Numbered from the stretch's first letter, positions 28,480-38,827 are shown. The stretch is 60,531 nucleotides of DNA from Actinomycetes bacterium (GCA_037139015.1 JBAXHG010000001.1:1-60531); one strand, 5' to 3'. Numbers and translations are program-made. The notes: a model not told the origin generated them from the letters alone.

Positions 28480-29502
28480 ATGAAACTCATCATCCAAATC
28501 CCATGCTTCAACGAGGAAGAGACACTTCCGGAGACGCTCGCTGACCTCCCCCGTGAGATTCCCGGGATTGACACTGTCGAGTGGCTGGTCATTGACGATG
28601 GTTCACGCGATCGTACGATTCAGGTCGCGCTTGATAATGGAGTGGACCACATCGTCAAGTTCACCGCCAACAAGGGCTTGGCCGCTGGGTTTCAGGCTGG
28701 GCTCGATGCCTCACTGAAGCTGGGCGCGGACATCATTGTCAACACAGATGCTGACAATCAGTACAACGGAGCGGACATCGTGAAGCTCGTTCAGCCGATC
28801 CTTGCGGGTGACGCAGACATGGTCGTCGGTGACCGCCAGGTCGAAACAATTGCCCACTTCTCCCCTCTAAAGGTCAAGCTCCAGCACCTTGGCTCATGGG
28901 TCGTCCGTCAGGCTTCTCGCACTGAGGTGTCCGACACCACGTCTGGCTTCCGCGCCTACAACCGCGAGGCCGCAGTCCAGCTTGTTGTCGTCTCACGTTT
29001 CACCTACACACTGGAAACAATCATTCAGGCCGGCAATCAGGACCTCGCAGTGAGCAACGTTCCGATCCGCACCAATGAGAAGACTCGCGAGTCACGCCTT
29101 TTCCCTTCCATGGGCGCCTACGTCAGACGCAACTCAGTTTCGATCTTCCGCATCTACGCGCAGTACCACCCGCTAAAAGTCTTCTGGGGCCTATCGGTAC
29201 TTCTGGGATTGGGCGCCCTTGCCCTCTGGATCCGATTCACGATCGCGCTCATTGACGGACAGGGAAGCGGACATGTCCAGTCCCTCATCCTCGGAGCAGT
29301 TCTCTTCAACACGGCCGCCCTTATGGCAGCCCTTGGGGTCATTGGTGACCTCCTCGCAGCGCAGCGCGTGATCTCCGTCCGAACACTCGATCGCGTTCGA
29401 CGCATCGAACTCAAGCTTGGCGTTGAGCCATCGCATTACTACCACGCCCCCTCCGGACGAACGCCTGAGGCTGAAAGTCCCGAAAGGATCACACCCGAAT
29501 GA
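28480..29502 (+). CDS. GT2-family glycosyltransferase with two C-terminal TM helices (GtrB/DPM1/ArnC-like polyprenyl-phosphate sugar synthase architecture)
   Basis: MKLIIQIPCFNEEETL...LVIDDGSRDRT...NTDADNQ (DxD) catalytic half, followed by hydrophobic segments VFWGLSVLLGLGALALWI and LILGAVLFNTAALMAALGVIGDLL. Start moved to ATG 28480. Confidence 0.85.
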   Translation: MKLIIQIPCFNEEETLPETLADLPREIPGIDTVEWLVIDDGSRDRTIQVALDNGVDHIVKFTANKGLAAGFQAGLDASLKLGADIIVNTDADNQYNGADIVKLVQPILAGDADMVVGDRQVETIAHFSPLKVKLQHLGSWVVRQASRTEVSDTTSGFRAYNREAAVQLVVVSRFTYTLETIIQAGNQDLAVSNVPIRTNEKTRESRLFPSMGAYVRRNSVSIFRIYAQYHPLKVFWGLSVLLGLGALALWIRFTIALIDGQGSGHVQSLILGAVLFNTAALMAALGVIGDLLAAQRVISVRTLDRVRRIELKLGVEPSHYYHAPSGRTPEAESPERITPE

Positions 29503-30113
29503 CCCACGAGCATGAAGGAGTACCAACAGGTAATACCTTCGACAAGTACGGATCCACCAATCCCTTCGTCCGTCGCCTGATGAACGGGTTTGAGACGAAC
29601 CTTGAAGAGCTCTTCACAAAGGCAGCCCCAAAGTCAATCCTTGACGTTGGCTGCGGAGAGGGAGTTCTTACAGAGCAGTGGGCAGACCAGCTGAATGGCG
29701 GCCGGATCGTCGGAGTTGACCTTGACGACGAAAAGCTGAAGGCCGAATGGACCACCCGCCAGCGACCAAACCTTGAGTACGTGACAGTTGAGGCAGGAGA
29801 TCTCCCCTTCGCAGATGGCGAGTTTGGAATGTCGACGGCGATCGAAGTGCTTGAGCACGTTCCCGACCCAGAACACACCGTCGCTGAAATGGCTCGTTGT
29901 GCCTCCGGACATCTCTTGGTTTCCGTCCCGCGCGAGCCACTTTGGAGGGTCGTCAATGTTGCCCGCGGCAAGTATGTGACCAGCCTCGGCAATACCCCAG
30001 GTCACGTCAATCACTGGTCCAAGCGCTCTTTCGTCCGCATGCTCTCGCAGCATGGTGAGGTAATCGAAGCCCGATCACCTTTCCCTTGGACAATGCTGCT
30101 CGTCCAGCGCTGA
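29499..30113 (+). CDS. Class I SAM-dependent methyltransferase
   Basis: Motif I ILDVGCGEGVL, motif II VGVDLD, post-I/III FGMSTAIEVLEHVPDP. ATGA overlap with the GT2 gene. Confidence 0.8.
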   Translation: MTHEHEGVPTGNTFDKYGSTNPFVRRLMNGFETNLEELFTKAAPKSILDVGCGEGVLTEQWADQLNGGRIVGVDLDDEKLKAEWTTRQRPNLEYVTVEAGDLPFADGEFGMSTAIEVLEHVPDPEHTVAEMARCASGHLLVSVPREPLWRVVNVARGKYVTSLGNTPGHVNHWSKRSFVRMLSQHGEVIEARSPFPWTMLLVQR

Positions 30114-30114
30114 C

Positions 30115-31506
30115 ATGACTGAGGCCGAAACGGGCAAGAGCTCGTACGGCGCGAGCGCTCGGATCCTGTCCATCGGGATCGCGTCAACTGGAGTCGTCAC
30201 ATTCGGGTACTTCACGGTTGCCAGCCATGCCCTTGGCGGCGGAAAAAGATACGACCTGCTGGCATTGCTCTGGAGCATCCTCTTTGTGATCGTCTCTGTG
30301 ATCTACAGGCCGATTGAGCAGCTCCTCTCGCGGACGATCGCCGACAGGCGCGCCCGCGGACTGGAGGGCCATCCACTGAGAATCCCCTTGATGATCCAGA
30401 CGGGGTTCGCTCTGCTCTTCCTTGCCGTCGCGCTCCCGCTCAAGGAAACAATCATCACGAAGGTCTTTGACGGATCCGAGATCACCTACTGGATCCTCGT
30501 TGGTTCGACGATTGCCTACGGCGCCTCATACTTCGCAAGGGGCTGGCTTGCAGGACACGAGCGTTTCGGTCTCTACGGGCTCCTTGTCTTCATCGAAGCC
30601 ACGGCGCGGTTCCTTTTCGCTCTCGCAGTTGCCGTGGGACTTGCGTCTGGAGCCAATGTCGTGGCCCTCGGCATATTTGCAGCGCCTTGTGTGTCACTCC
30701 TTGTCGTTCCAGCGGCCTTCGGACGCAAGGGTGATCCTTCGCACGATCGAGAGGCGGCAATCATCCCTGCCCTCGATGCCGCCATTGAAGGAGGCCCTGG
30801 GGCCGAGGCAGCCGAGGAGGCAGCCGGCGACCTCTCGCTCCGCCATGGAGCAGGCTTTGCGGGCGCGGTATTCGGGGTCATGCTCGCGGAGCAGGCCCTT
30901 CTCAACGGAGCCGTGATTGCCGTTGCGATGACCGCCGCCGGCACTGCAATGGCTGGACTGGTATTCAACGCCCTGCTGATAGCCAGAGCCCCGCTTCAGC
31001 TCTTTCAGGCGATCCAGACTTCACTCCTGCCCCACCTGGCAGGACTTGAGGCCACGGGAGGACGTGAGGCCTTCAAGGAGGCAATCACGAAGACCATCAA
31101 GGCAATCGCAGTGTTTTCAGCTGGGGTAGCCCTGACATTCCTGGTAGCCGGACCATGGATCATGACGGTTCTCTTCGCTGGTTCCAAAGGCCACTACGAC
31201 AGAATCGGCTTGGCAACCGTCGCCATAGGCATGGGATTCCATCTTGCCGCAGGAACGCTCAATCAGGCTGCACTGGCAAGGGGACACGCGAAGCTTGCAG
31301 CCTTTGCATGGCTCTTCTCGGCCGCTCTCTTCATCGCATGGTGCGCTGCGTCGCTGATGCCAGACGCAGTACATCGGGCCGAGGTTGGTTACGCGGGAGC
31401 TTCAGGACTGCTTGTGGTGCTTCTGACTGCGGTGTACCGCCGCCCCCGCGAGGACGAGACTCCCGTGAGTCAGATTGCCCCAGCAGACTCTGCAATCGCA
31501 GAGTAG
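30115..31506 (+). CDS. Multi-TM polysaccharide-biosynthesis/flippase-like protein (MOP superfamily, Wzx/MurJ-like)
   Basis: 463 aa with about 12-14 hydrophobic helices by eye and a central loop with an acidic/Ala patch. Starts 1 nt after the methyltransferase stop. Family assignment is by architecture and context only. Confidence 0.65.
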   Translation: MTEAETGKSSYGASARILSIGIASTGVVTFGYFTVASHALGGGKRYDLLALLWSILFVIVSVIYRPIEQLLSRTIADRRARGLEGHPLRIPLMIQTGFALLFLAVALPLKETIITKVFDGSEITYWILVGSTIAYGASYFARGWLAGHERFGLYGLLVFIEATARFLFALAVAVGLASGANVVALGIFAAPCVSLLVVPAAFGRKGDPSHDREAAIIPALDAAIEGGPGAEAAEEAAGDLSLRHGAGFAGAVFGVMLAEQALLNGAVIAVAMTAAGTAMAGLVFNALLIARAPLQLFQAIQTSLLPHLAGLEATGGREAFKEAITKTIKAIAVFSAGVALTFLVAGPWIMTVLFAGSKGHYDRIGLATVAIGMGFHLAAGTLNQAALARGHAKLAAFAWLFSAALFIAWCAASLMPDAVHRAEVGYAGASGLLVVLLTAVYRRPREDETPVSQIAPADSAIAE

Positions 31507-32147
31507 GCCAGCCCCGGGTCTGGTTTCCCGAACACTGCAGATCCCGCCACCAGCAGCTTCGCACCAGCCCCCACAACCAGTGGTGCAGTCGACGCGTCAA
31601 TCCCGCCGTCTATCTCAATCGGGATTCCTGACCCAAGGAGCGCAGAGAGTCTCTCTATGCGCGGCACGCTTGCCTCAATGAACGACTGACCACCCCAGCC
31701 TGGGTTGACGCTCATCACCAGAGCCAGATCAAGTACCTCTGCAACGTCCGCGAGTGACTCCACGGCCGTACCTGGACAGATCGCCGCGCCGGCCAAAACC
31801 CCAGCCTCACGGATCGCCTTAAGCGTCCGGTGAAGGTGCGTCGTGGCCTCGGCGTGCACCACGATTGTGTCCGCCCCAGCATTGGCAAATGCCTCAATCT
31901 GATTCTCGGGGCTCTCGATCATCAAGTGAACATCCAAGATCGCCCCAGCAGCCTTAACACGCTCTGCGAGAGCCTCCACGACGATGGGGCCCATCGTGAT
32001 CGGCGGCACAAACTGCCCGTCCATGACATCAACGTGAATCACCCGGGCTCCGGCTGCAATCACCTTGTCAACCTGCTCACCAAGCCTCGCGAAATCAGCA
32101 GAGAGAATTGACGGGGCAATTCGTATGTCATTAAGGAGTTCGCTCAT
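31470..32147 (-). CDS. rpe: Ribulose-phosphate 3-epimerase
   Basis: IAPSILSADFARLGEQV, IHVDVMDGQFVP, MSVNPGWGGQSFI, IEIDGGI. Confidence 0.95.
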   Translation of the reverse strand: MSELLNDIRIAPSILSADFARLGEQVDKVIAAGARVIHVDVMDGQFVPPITMGPIVVEALAERVKAAGAILDVHLMIESPENQIEAFANAGADTIVVHAEATTHLHRTLKAIREAGVLAGAAICPGTAVESLADVAEVLDLALVMSVNPGWGGQSFIEASVPRIERLSALLGSGIPIEIDGGIDASTAPLVVGAGAKLLVAGSAVFGKPDPGLAYSAIAESAGAI

Positions 32148-32150
32148 CGG

Positions 32151-32408
32151 TCAAACCTCTTTCAGCATGCTTACACCGCATTGGTTGCATTTCATGGGAC
32201 CACCTGAGCTCATCCGGGCAATGGTCGAATGACTTCCACAGCCGGGACAGACCGAGGTCAGTTCGTACCTTCTCAGGCAGAACACGCAACGGTAGCGGCC
32301 GGGAGTAGCGGCCGGCCTGAGCCACGGCTCGCTGCAGCCGGGACATACGGGACCGAGATCGGAGTCAGATCCAGTGGTGCCGTCAGCCATTAGGCGATGA
32401 TGCCGCAT
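32151..32408 (-). CDS. Small tandem zinc-ribbon protein (4 x CxxC), uncharacterised
   Basis: MRHHRLMADGTTGSDSDLGPVCPGCSEPWLRPAATPGRYRCVFCLRRYELTSVCPGCGSHSTIARMSSGGPMKCNQCGVSMLKEV has CPGC..CVFC and CPGC..CNQC pairs. It is packed between the fmt stop (32443) and the rpe start (32147). Start is ATG 32408 or 32390; neither has a clear SD. Confidence 0.5.
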   Translation of the reverse strand: MRHHRLMADGTTGSDSDLGPVCPGCSEPWLRPAATPGRYRCVFCLRRYELTSVCPGCGSHSTIARMSSGGPMKCNQCGVSMLKEV

Positions 32409-32442
32409 GCCGGGGATGAACCGGCCAGATGACTGCAGTCCG

Positions 32443-33357
32443 TCAGGATCGATCGAGCGCCGGGTGGCCCCGAAGCCACTCACTCGCGTCCATCTCACGG
32501 CCCCCTGCTGGGATCAGTCTTGTCACCCGAAGAGCACCGCTGGAAAACCCGACTAACAGCTCTCCGTCGACTTCACGCACTTCTCCCACAGAAGGCCCTG
32601 AGTGCGCCACCAGACCCTCCCTAACGCCAAGGAACTCCCCTGACGGGAGCTTGAGCCTCGCGCCTATGTGCGGCCGGAGAGCGCGGATCTTTCGTTCAGC
32701 CTCCGTTGCAGACATGGCTGGGTCCAGAATGCGATCCGCAGCCACTATTCGCTCAGCGTACGTCTCTCCTTCGCCGGGTTGAGGCGAAAACTCAATGCTG
32801 CCAACATCGGCCATGAGCAGAGCTTCAGTCAACAGCTTTGCGCCAAGCTCGATGAGTCTTCCAGAGAGACTTGCGAAGTCGTCGCTGGCACCAATCTCGA
32901 TCCTCTCCTGAAGAGCCATTGGACCCGCATCAAGCGCTTCGACAAGCTGAATTATCGACACTCCGGTTTCTGAATCTCCCGCCATCAGGGCTCGCTCAAT
33001 TGGAGCTGCTCCACGCCATCGCGGAAGGAGTGAGGGGTGAAGATTCAGGATTGGTCGTGTTGAAAGCAGTGGGTCTCTGATGATCGCTCCATAGGCACAG
33101 AGTGAAAGTGCCGGCGGGTTGATTGAGTCAATCCGCTCAGCAACCTCTGGGCTTCCGATGTCCTCGGGTTGGAGAACCGTGATTCCCAGCTCAACCGCTG
33201 CCTCAGCAACAGGTGGCGGCGAAAGCTTGCGTCCCCTGCCTTTTGGGGAGTCCGGACGCGTAATGACAAGCTCTGGCTTGCTCTGGGAGCCAGCATCCGA
33301 AAGTCTTTCCAGGACGCCGGCAGCAAAGCCGTCAGTCCCAATGAAGACTCCGCTCAC
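32443..33357 (-). CDS. fmt: Methionyl-tRNA formyltransferase
   Basis: Formyltransferase core (NLHPSLLPRWRGAAPIERA) and the C-terminal Fmt domain. 4-nt overlap with def. Confidence 0.95.
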   Translation of the reverse strand: MSGVFIGTDGFAAGVLERLSDAGSQSKPELVITRPDSPKGRGRKLSPPPVAEAAVELGITVLQPEDIGSPEVAERIDSINPPALSLCAYGAIIRDPLLSTRPILNLHPSLLPRWRGAAPIERALMAGDSETGVSIIQLVEALDAGPMALQERIEIGASDDFASLSGRLIELGAKLLTEALLMADVGSIEFSPQPGEGETYAERIVAADRILDPAMSATEAERKIRALRPHIGARLKLPSGEFLGVREGLVAHSGPSVGEVREVDGELLVGFSSGALRVTRLIPAGGREMDASEWLRGHPALDRS

Positions 33358-33938
33358 TGACCATCCAAGGGAGTCGCATGCTCGCGGAGCTGCACAAGTG
33401 CCTCACGCCTCTGCTCACGCTCAGTGCGGTCAATGATCATCACGCCATCCAAGTGGTCGTACTCATGCTGGATGACACGCGCCTCAAAACCCTCAGCTTG
33501 CAGCTCGACTGGTTTGCCGTTGATGTCCTTGGCCTCCACGCGAATCGATACGGCCCGCGAAACCTCGACAACAATCGGTTCAAGGCTCAGGCAACCCTCG
33601 AAGTCAACCTCCTCCTCATCGCTTCGCCAGGTAATCACAGGGTTAATCAGAGCGCTAATCGGACCATCAGCCTCAATCTTGTAGATGAAAAACCGACTTA
33701 GGGATCCGACCTGCGGGGCTGCAAGGCCACAGCCGATGGCATCGTCCATCAAATATGACATTTCCTCAATCTGCTGTCGCAACTCGGGACCGAAGTCCGT
33801 CACCTCATTCGTTTGCGAACGGAGCACTGGGTCACCCCACTGCCTGATGCTGCGCATCGCGAGCCTTCGGCGCTCGCGCATCTCATCAGTCACCTCTGGC
33901 CGCTCTGGCCTCTCCGTTGCGTTACCTCTGTCACCCAT
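33354..33938 (-). CDS. def: Peptide deformylase
   Basis: GLAAPQVG, EGCLS and QHEYDHLDG motifs. The ~25-aa N-terminal extension may not be real (alternative ATGs at 33881 and 33857). Confidence 0.9.
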   Translation of the reverse strand: MGDRGNATERPERPEVTDEMRERRRLAMRSIRQWGDPVLRSQTNEVTDFGPELRQQIEEMSYLMDDAIGCGLAAPQVGSLSRFFIYKIEADGPISALINPVITWRSDEEEVDFEGCLSLEPIVVEVSRAVSIRVEAKDINGKPVELQAEGFEARVIQHEYDHLDGVMIIDRTEREQRREALVQLREHATPLDGQ

Positions 33939-33947
33939 AGATAGATC

Positions 33948-36101
33948 CTAGCCTGCGTCCACTTCTGTACCAATCACAACTCCCAAACTTGAAGCCCGTT
34001 TGGCGACGGCGGCGATTGCACCATCCACAGAAGAGACGAGGTGTCCCCTGTCAGCCGACCGGGTAACCAACTGCCTGCGCTCCCTGCCCTTCAATCTGAA
34101 AAGCGGGGCGGGCCCAAGGACCTCGATCCCCTCAGCTTCCACGGCCTCTGCAATAGCGTCCGCGACGAGATCAAGGCCCATCTCATCAACGGATGAGCAG
34201 TAGACGCGCACGAGAGCAAGTGCCGGCGGATAGCCGAGGTCGTCGCGACGTCCAAGTTCCTTCTCGAGGAACCCATCTGCATCATGCGCAGCAGCAAACT
34301 GGAGAACCTCAGCCTCGGGGGAGGTCGTCTGGACGAGAACTCGCCCTTCTCGTGACCCTCGGCCCGCCCGCCCGGCAAGCTGTGTAACCAGCTGGAACGT
34401 TCGCTCCTCACTTCTGAAATCCGGAAAGCGAAGGGTTGCGTCCGCATCTACAACAACTCCAAGGGTCACATCGGGAAAGTCGTGCCCCTTGGCCACCATC
34501 TGGGTCCCGACGAGAACACCAGTTGCTGCCTGTTGAAAGGCGGTCAGGATTCTCTCGGTCTCACCCTTGATTGCTGCGGTGTCAGCATCGAGGCGGAAGA
34601 TTGGGAAGTCGTCGGTTCCAACAACCCTTCGGAGCTCATCCTCAACCCGCTCCGTTCCGGCTCCATGCCGGGCAACAGAGCTCGAGCCGCATTCATTGCA
34701 CTTGGACGGCATGACCTCCTTGTGCCCACAGTGATGACACGAGAGAAAGCCGTCAACCCTGTGCAGCACGAGCGAGACATCGCACTTGGGGCACTTCCAG
34801 ACATGCCCACAGTCTTGGCATGAAACGAAGTTTGACCAGCCCCGCCTGTTCAGCAGAACGATGGCCTTTGCCCCATCAGCACGCACCTTTCCGAACGCCT
34901 GAACCACCTCCGGGTGAAGGACGCCACCGACTCCCTTCATGTCGAGCACCTCCACTGGTGGAAGCGGAGCCCCGTCAGCCCTCCGGTCCAACCGCAGCCG
35001 CTCAAGCCTCCGTACGCTCTCGGGTCGGGGAGTTGCGCTCCCAACCACGAGAACTGCATCGCTGTGCACAGCTCTCCATGACGCGAGCTCGCGGGCGTCA
35101 TAGCCCGGGTCACCATCATTCCGATACGACGACTCGTGTTCCTCATCCACGATCACCAACCCAAGGTCCGCAATTGGAGCGAAGACGGCTGATCGGGGAC
35201 CAACACAGACCCGGGCCTCTCCGTCACGCAACCTTGACCATTCATCGAAACGCTCGCCCATGGAGAGGGCGGAATGCAGGACGGCGACCGTGTCTCCAAG
35301 GCGGACACTGAACCTGGCCACAGCCTGTGGCGTGAGCGCAATTTCCGGGACCAGAACGATCACGCCTTTGCCAAGTTCCAATGCCCGCTCGGCGGCGTGG
35401 ATATATACCTCCGTCTTGCCCGAGCCCGTAATTCCGTGAAGCAAGAAACCGGCTCCTGATCTGGAGTTGTCAAACGCATCCAGAATCGGGGCCAGAACGC
35501 GCGTCTGGTCTTCGTTCAGAGGAGGCGCAACAAGTCCAGCGTCCAGCGTCGGTGGTGCAGGACGGCGCCCCAGCCGTTCAGCGCTCAGCGAGATAAGGCC
35601 CCGCTGTTCAATCCTGCGAAGACCAGAATGTCCCAGTGGGCAATCCGCGGCTCGGACGGGTCCGCTTTTCAGCGATTCAAGAGCCTCGCGTTGACCATCC
35701 GAAAGTCGCACGCCGCCCAATAGAGCGGCCTCGCCAGCCGCGGTGATGGCAGCCAGAAGCGTCTCTTTGGAGCCGGCCCCACTTGATGCCCCAGGCGGCG
35801 ATACAAGAGCAAGGCATCTGGCAGGCGTAGAGCAATAGGCAGAGGCCATCCACATCGCCATCTCAACCAGGTCGCGGGGAATGGAAGGACTGACGACACT
35901 GTGCGGCTTCGACAGTTTCTCAATGGGGAAGCCAGACTCCGACGCCATCTCTGTAACAACGGCTTCCAGCTTGCGCCCAGCGAAGGGAACAGAGAGTCGA
36001 CTTCCCACATCCACCTGTGGAAAATCCTCGGGAAGGAGGTAGTCGAAGGGACCCCTGAGGGCCCGGGCCGTCGTAAGTGGTTCGACCCGGGCGATCCTCA
36101 T
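33948..36101 (-). CDS. priA: Primosomal protein N' (replication restart helicase PriA)
   Basis: LLHGITGSGKTEVY, VDEEHE, Cys-rich Zn insert CQDCGHVWKCPKCDVSLVLH...CHHCGH...CNECGS, QLAGRAGRG. Confidence 0.95.
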   Translation of the reverse strand: MRIARVEPLTTARALRGPFDYLLPEDFPQVDVGSRLSVPFAGRKLEAVVTEMASESGFPIEKLSKPHSVVSPSIPRDLVEMAMWMASAYCSTPARCLALVSPPGASSGAGSKETLLAAITAAGEAALLGGVRLSDGQREALESLKSGPVRAADCPLGHSGLRRIEQRGLISLSAERLGRRPAPPTLDAGLVAPPLNEDQTRVLAPILDAFDNSRSGAGFLLHGITGSGKTEVYIHAAERALELGKGVIVLVPEIALTPQAVARFSVRLGDTVAVLHSALSMGERFDEWSRLRDGEARVCVGPRSAVFAPIADLGLVIVDEEHESSYRNDGDPGYDARELASWRAVHSDAVLVVGSATPRPESVRRLERLRLDRRADGAPLPPVEVLDMKGVGGVLHPEVVQAFGKVRADGAKAIVLLNRRGWSNFVSCQDCGHVWKCPKCDVSLVLHRVDGFLSCHHCGHKEVMPSKCNECGSSSVARHGAGTERVEDELRRVVGTDDFPIFRLDADTAAIKGETERILTAFQQAATGVLVGTQMVAKGHDFPDVTLGVVVDADATLRFPDFRSEERTFQLVTQLAGRAGRGSREGRVLVQTTSPEAEVLQFAAAHDADGFLEKELGRRDDLGYPPALALVRVYCSSVDEMGLDLVADAIAEAVEAEGIEVLGPAPLFRLKGRERRQLVTRSADRGHLVSSVDGAIAAVAKRASSLGVVIGTEVDAG

Positions 36102-36146
36102 GGGTTCACAGGCGCACGCTTCGATGAGCGGCGCGATCTCAGGAAC

Positions 36147-37361
36147 TCAGAGACCGGCTGCTGCGCGAAGCTCGTCTGCCTTGTTCGTCTCTTCCCAAGT
36201 GAATCCGTCACGGCCAAAGTGCCCGTATGCGGCCGTGGGGGTGTAAATCGGACGATGCAGGTCGAGACTCCGTCGGAACGCGCCCGGACGGAGGTCGAAA
36301 TGCTCATCCACAAGATCCTGAATACGGCCGCGGCCGATCTTCTCGGTACCGAAGGTCTCAACCATCACGGAGACGGGATGGGCTACGCCGATGGCATAGG
36401 CAACCTGAACCTCGGCGCGGTCGGCAAGTCCCGCAGCAACCACGTTCTTTGCCACATGGCGGGCCGCGTAGGCTGCCGAACGGTCAACCTTGGATGGGTC
36501 CTTACCGGAGAATGCGCCTCCGCCGTGGCGCGCCATTCCTCCATAGGTATCAACGATGATCTTTCGACCAGTCAAGCCACAGTCACCAACTGGACCGCCG
36601 ACAACGAAGATGCCAGTCGGATTGACGAGCAGGCTTTCCTTGACTTCGGCCTCGTTGAACGGCACGCCCTCCTCATTGAGGACGGGAAGAATGACATGGG
36701 CCCAAAGGTCCTCTTGAATCTGCTCACGATCAACTTCAGGACCGTGCTGCGTTGAAACGAGAACCTTCTCAATCTCAACGGGCTTGCCATTGTCATAACG
36801 AACTGAAACCTGAGTCTTGCCGTCTGGACGAAGGTAGCTGAGTGTTCCGTCCTTGCGGACTTGAGTCAGGCGCTCGGCAAGACGGTGAGCCACATGGATT
36901 GGAACGGGCATCATGCTCTTCGTCTCGTTGGACGCATAGCCGAACATCATTCCCTGGTCTCCTGCTCCTGCCTGCTCAGCCTCATCTCCTTCGGCCTTGC
37001 CGGAACGAACTTCGTCAGAAGCGTTCACGCCCTGGGCGATGTCTGCTGACTGCTGGTCAACGCGAACGAGAACTTCAACCTTGTTGGCATCAAAGCCCGG
37101 GTCAAAGTCGACATATCCGATGCGCTTGATCGTGTCGCGAGCGATCTGCTCAATGTCCAAAGAGTCATTCCCGGTCGTAATTTCTCCCGAGACGACGACA
37201 AGGTTCGTGTTGACGAGTGTCTCGCAGGCCACGCGTGAGCCTGGATCAACCGCAAGGCATGCATCAAGAACGCCGTCTGAGATCTGATCCGAAACCTTGT
37301 CCGGGTGACCTTCTGTGACTGACTCCGATGTGAAGAGGTAACTGCTGTCGCTGGTGCTCAT
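36147..37361 (-). CDS. metK: S-adenosylmethionine synthetase
   Basis: [44 protein letters not shown]. Confidence 0.97.
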   Translation of the reverse strand: MSTSDSSYLFTSESVTEGHPDKVSDQISDGVLDACLAVDPGSRVACETLVNTNLVVVSGEITTGNDSLDIEQIARDTIKRIGYVDFDPGFDANKVEVLVRVDQQSADIAQGVNASDEVRSGKAEGDEAEQAGAGDQGMMFGYASNETKSMMPVPIHVAHRLAERLTQVRKDGTLSYLRPDGKTQVSVRYDNGKPVEIEKVLVSTQHGPEVDREQIQEDLWAHVILPVLNEEGVPFNEAEVKESLLVNPTGIFVVGGPVGDCGLTGRKIIVDTYGGMARHGGGAFSGKDPSKVDRSAAYAARHVAKNVVAAGLADRAEVQVAYAIGVAHPVSVMVETFGTEKIGRGRIQDLVDEHFDLRPGAFRRSLDLHRPIYTPTAAYGHFGRDGFTWEETNKADELRAAAGL

Positions 37362-37471
37362 TCGGTCTTGCTCGCTCGCTTTGTTGGGGGTTCTAGAAAA
37401 GCCCTAAGACGCGGAAGGTTAGCGGCAATCGGCCTGTCCCCGACACTTGGAAGGGGATTTTGCGATTGACG

Positions 37472-38827
37472 TCAGCTCTCGCTGCGACGCGAGCGATGTT
37501 CCACAAGATCAATGATGATCGGCACACCTTCAAGCCTGAACCGTTCGCGCAGTCGGTTCTCAATGTAATACGCGTATCCCTTGGTGATTCGGGACCGACT
37601 GTTGACCTGGAGTGCAAAGCGTGGAGGACCGGTTTCGGTCTGCGCTCCGTAGAGAATCTTCAGTCGCTTCCCCTGTACGGCTGGCGGCTGTCTTAACTCA
37701 GTCACCTCAGCAAGGAACCTGTTCAGCTGCGGTGTGGGAATACGCTCACGCGACCGGTCAGCAATCGCCACAGCCTCGGCCAGCAGGCGTGATACCTGGC
37801 GTCCAGTCAGAGCGCTTGCGGTCAACACCCTCGGGCGGAGTCGCAACTTGGACGCTGACATTGACTGAGCATCCTTGAGGAGCTCATCGGAGTCCTTGTC
37901 GCTGTCCTTGACCAAATCCCATTTGTTCAGCACGAGGGCGGTGGCGCAGCCGGACTGCATCGCAAGCTCAGCGATACGAAGATCCTGTGCTGTGACTCCC
38001 TCCATGGCGTCACAGATGACGAGAGCGACATCAGCACGCTCGGCAGATCGCTTGGCCCTTGAAGCTGAGGCCTTCTCCAACTCTCCTTCAATCTTGGAAG
38101 CCCGCCTCAAGCCAGCAGTGTCAACAAGGAGAACCCTGCGTTCGCGTCCGCCAGCGAGATCGGCTGGGACCACAAGAGGCGTATCAATTGAGTCACGCGT
38201 CGTTCCGGCTACATCCGAAACAATGACCCGGTTCTCACCCGTCAGCTGATTGACCATCGAACTCTTGCCCACATTTGGACGACCGATCAGTGCCAGACGG
38301 ACTGGCGCTTCCTGCTCCGGGCCGATCACCAGCTCCTCGCCCAGAAGCTCGGCGATCCTGTCGAGCAGATCTCCCACGCCAAGGCCTTGGGCTGCACTGA
38401 CGGCAGATGGCTCTCCAAGTCCCAGCTTGTGGAACTCAGCCGAGTAGGGAACCTCATTGATGGTGTCGCACTTGTTGGTGGCCAGAATCACTGGCATTCC
38501 CGAGCGTCGGAGGATGTCTGCCACATCCTCATCACCGGGGCGAAGACCAGCTTTTGCGTCGACGACAAGCATCGCTGCGTCGCAGTCTGAAAGTGCTGTC
38601 TTGGCTTGATCTCGAACCTGAGCCCCCATGGAGCCCTCATCCGCCTCATCGATTCCGCCGGTGTCAACGAGGACGAACCGCCTGCCGTTCCACTCCGCTT
38701 CGATCTCCTTACGGTCGCGCGTCACCCCTGCCATCTCATGAACGACAGCCTCCTTCGTTCCGCTGAGGCGGTTTACGAGAGAACTCTTACCAACGTTGGG
38801 GTAGCCGACAACGGCAATCTTGCGCAC
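37472..38827 (-). CDS. der: Ribosome-associated GTPase Der (EngA)
   Basis: Two tandem G domains ([13 protein letters not shown]...DTGG...NKCD; [12 protein letters not shown]...DTAG...NKWD) plus a KH-like C-terminus. Confidence 0.95.
   Translation of the reverse strand: MRKIAVVGYPNVGKSSLVNRLSGTKEAVVHEMAGVTRDRKEIEAEWNGRRFVLVDTGGIDEADEGSMGAQVRDQAKTALSDCDAAMLVVDAKAGLRPGDEDVADILRRSGMPVILATNKCDTINEVPYSAEFHKLGLGEPSAVSAAQGLGVGDLLDRIAELLGEELVIGPEQEAPVRLALIGRPNVGKSSMVNQLTGENRVIVSDVAGTTRDSIDTPLVVPADLAGGRERRVLLVDTAGLRRASKIEGELEKASASRAKRSAERADVALVICDAMEGVTAQDLRIAELAMQSGCATALVLNKWDLVKDSDKDSDELLKDAQSMSASKLRLRPRVLTASALTGRQVSRLLAEAVAIADRSRERIPTPQLNRFLAEVTELRQPPAVQGKRLKILYGAQTETGPPRFALQVNSRSRITKGYAYYIENRLRERFRLEGVPIIIDLVEHRSRRSES

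Noticed and set aside
37362-37471. 110-nt metK leader considered as a SAM riboswitch (SAM-I/SAM-IV).
   Set aside because: I could not find the conserved cores. Only a vague GCCGCUAACCUUCCGCG resembles GGCAACCCUCC. cmsearch with RF00162/RF00634 would settle it.
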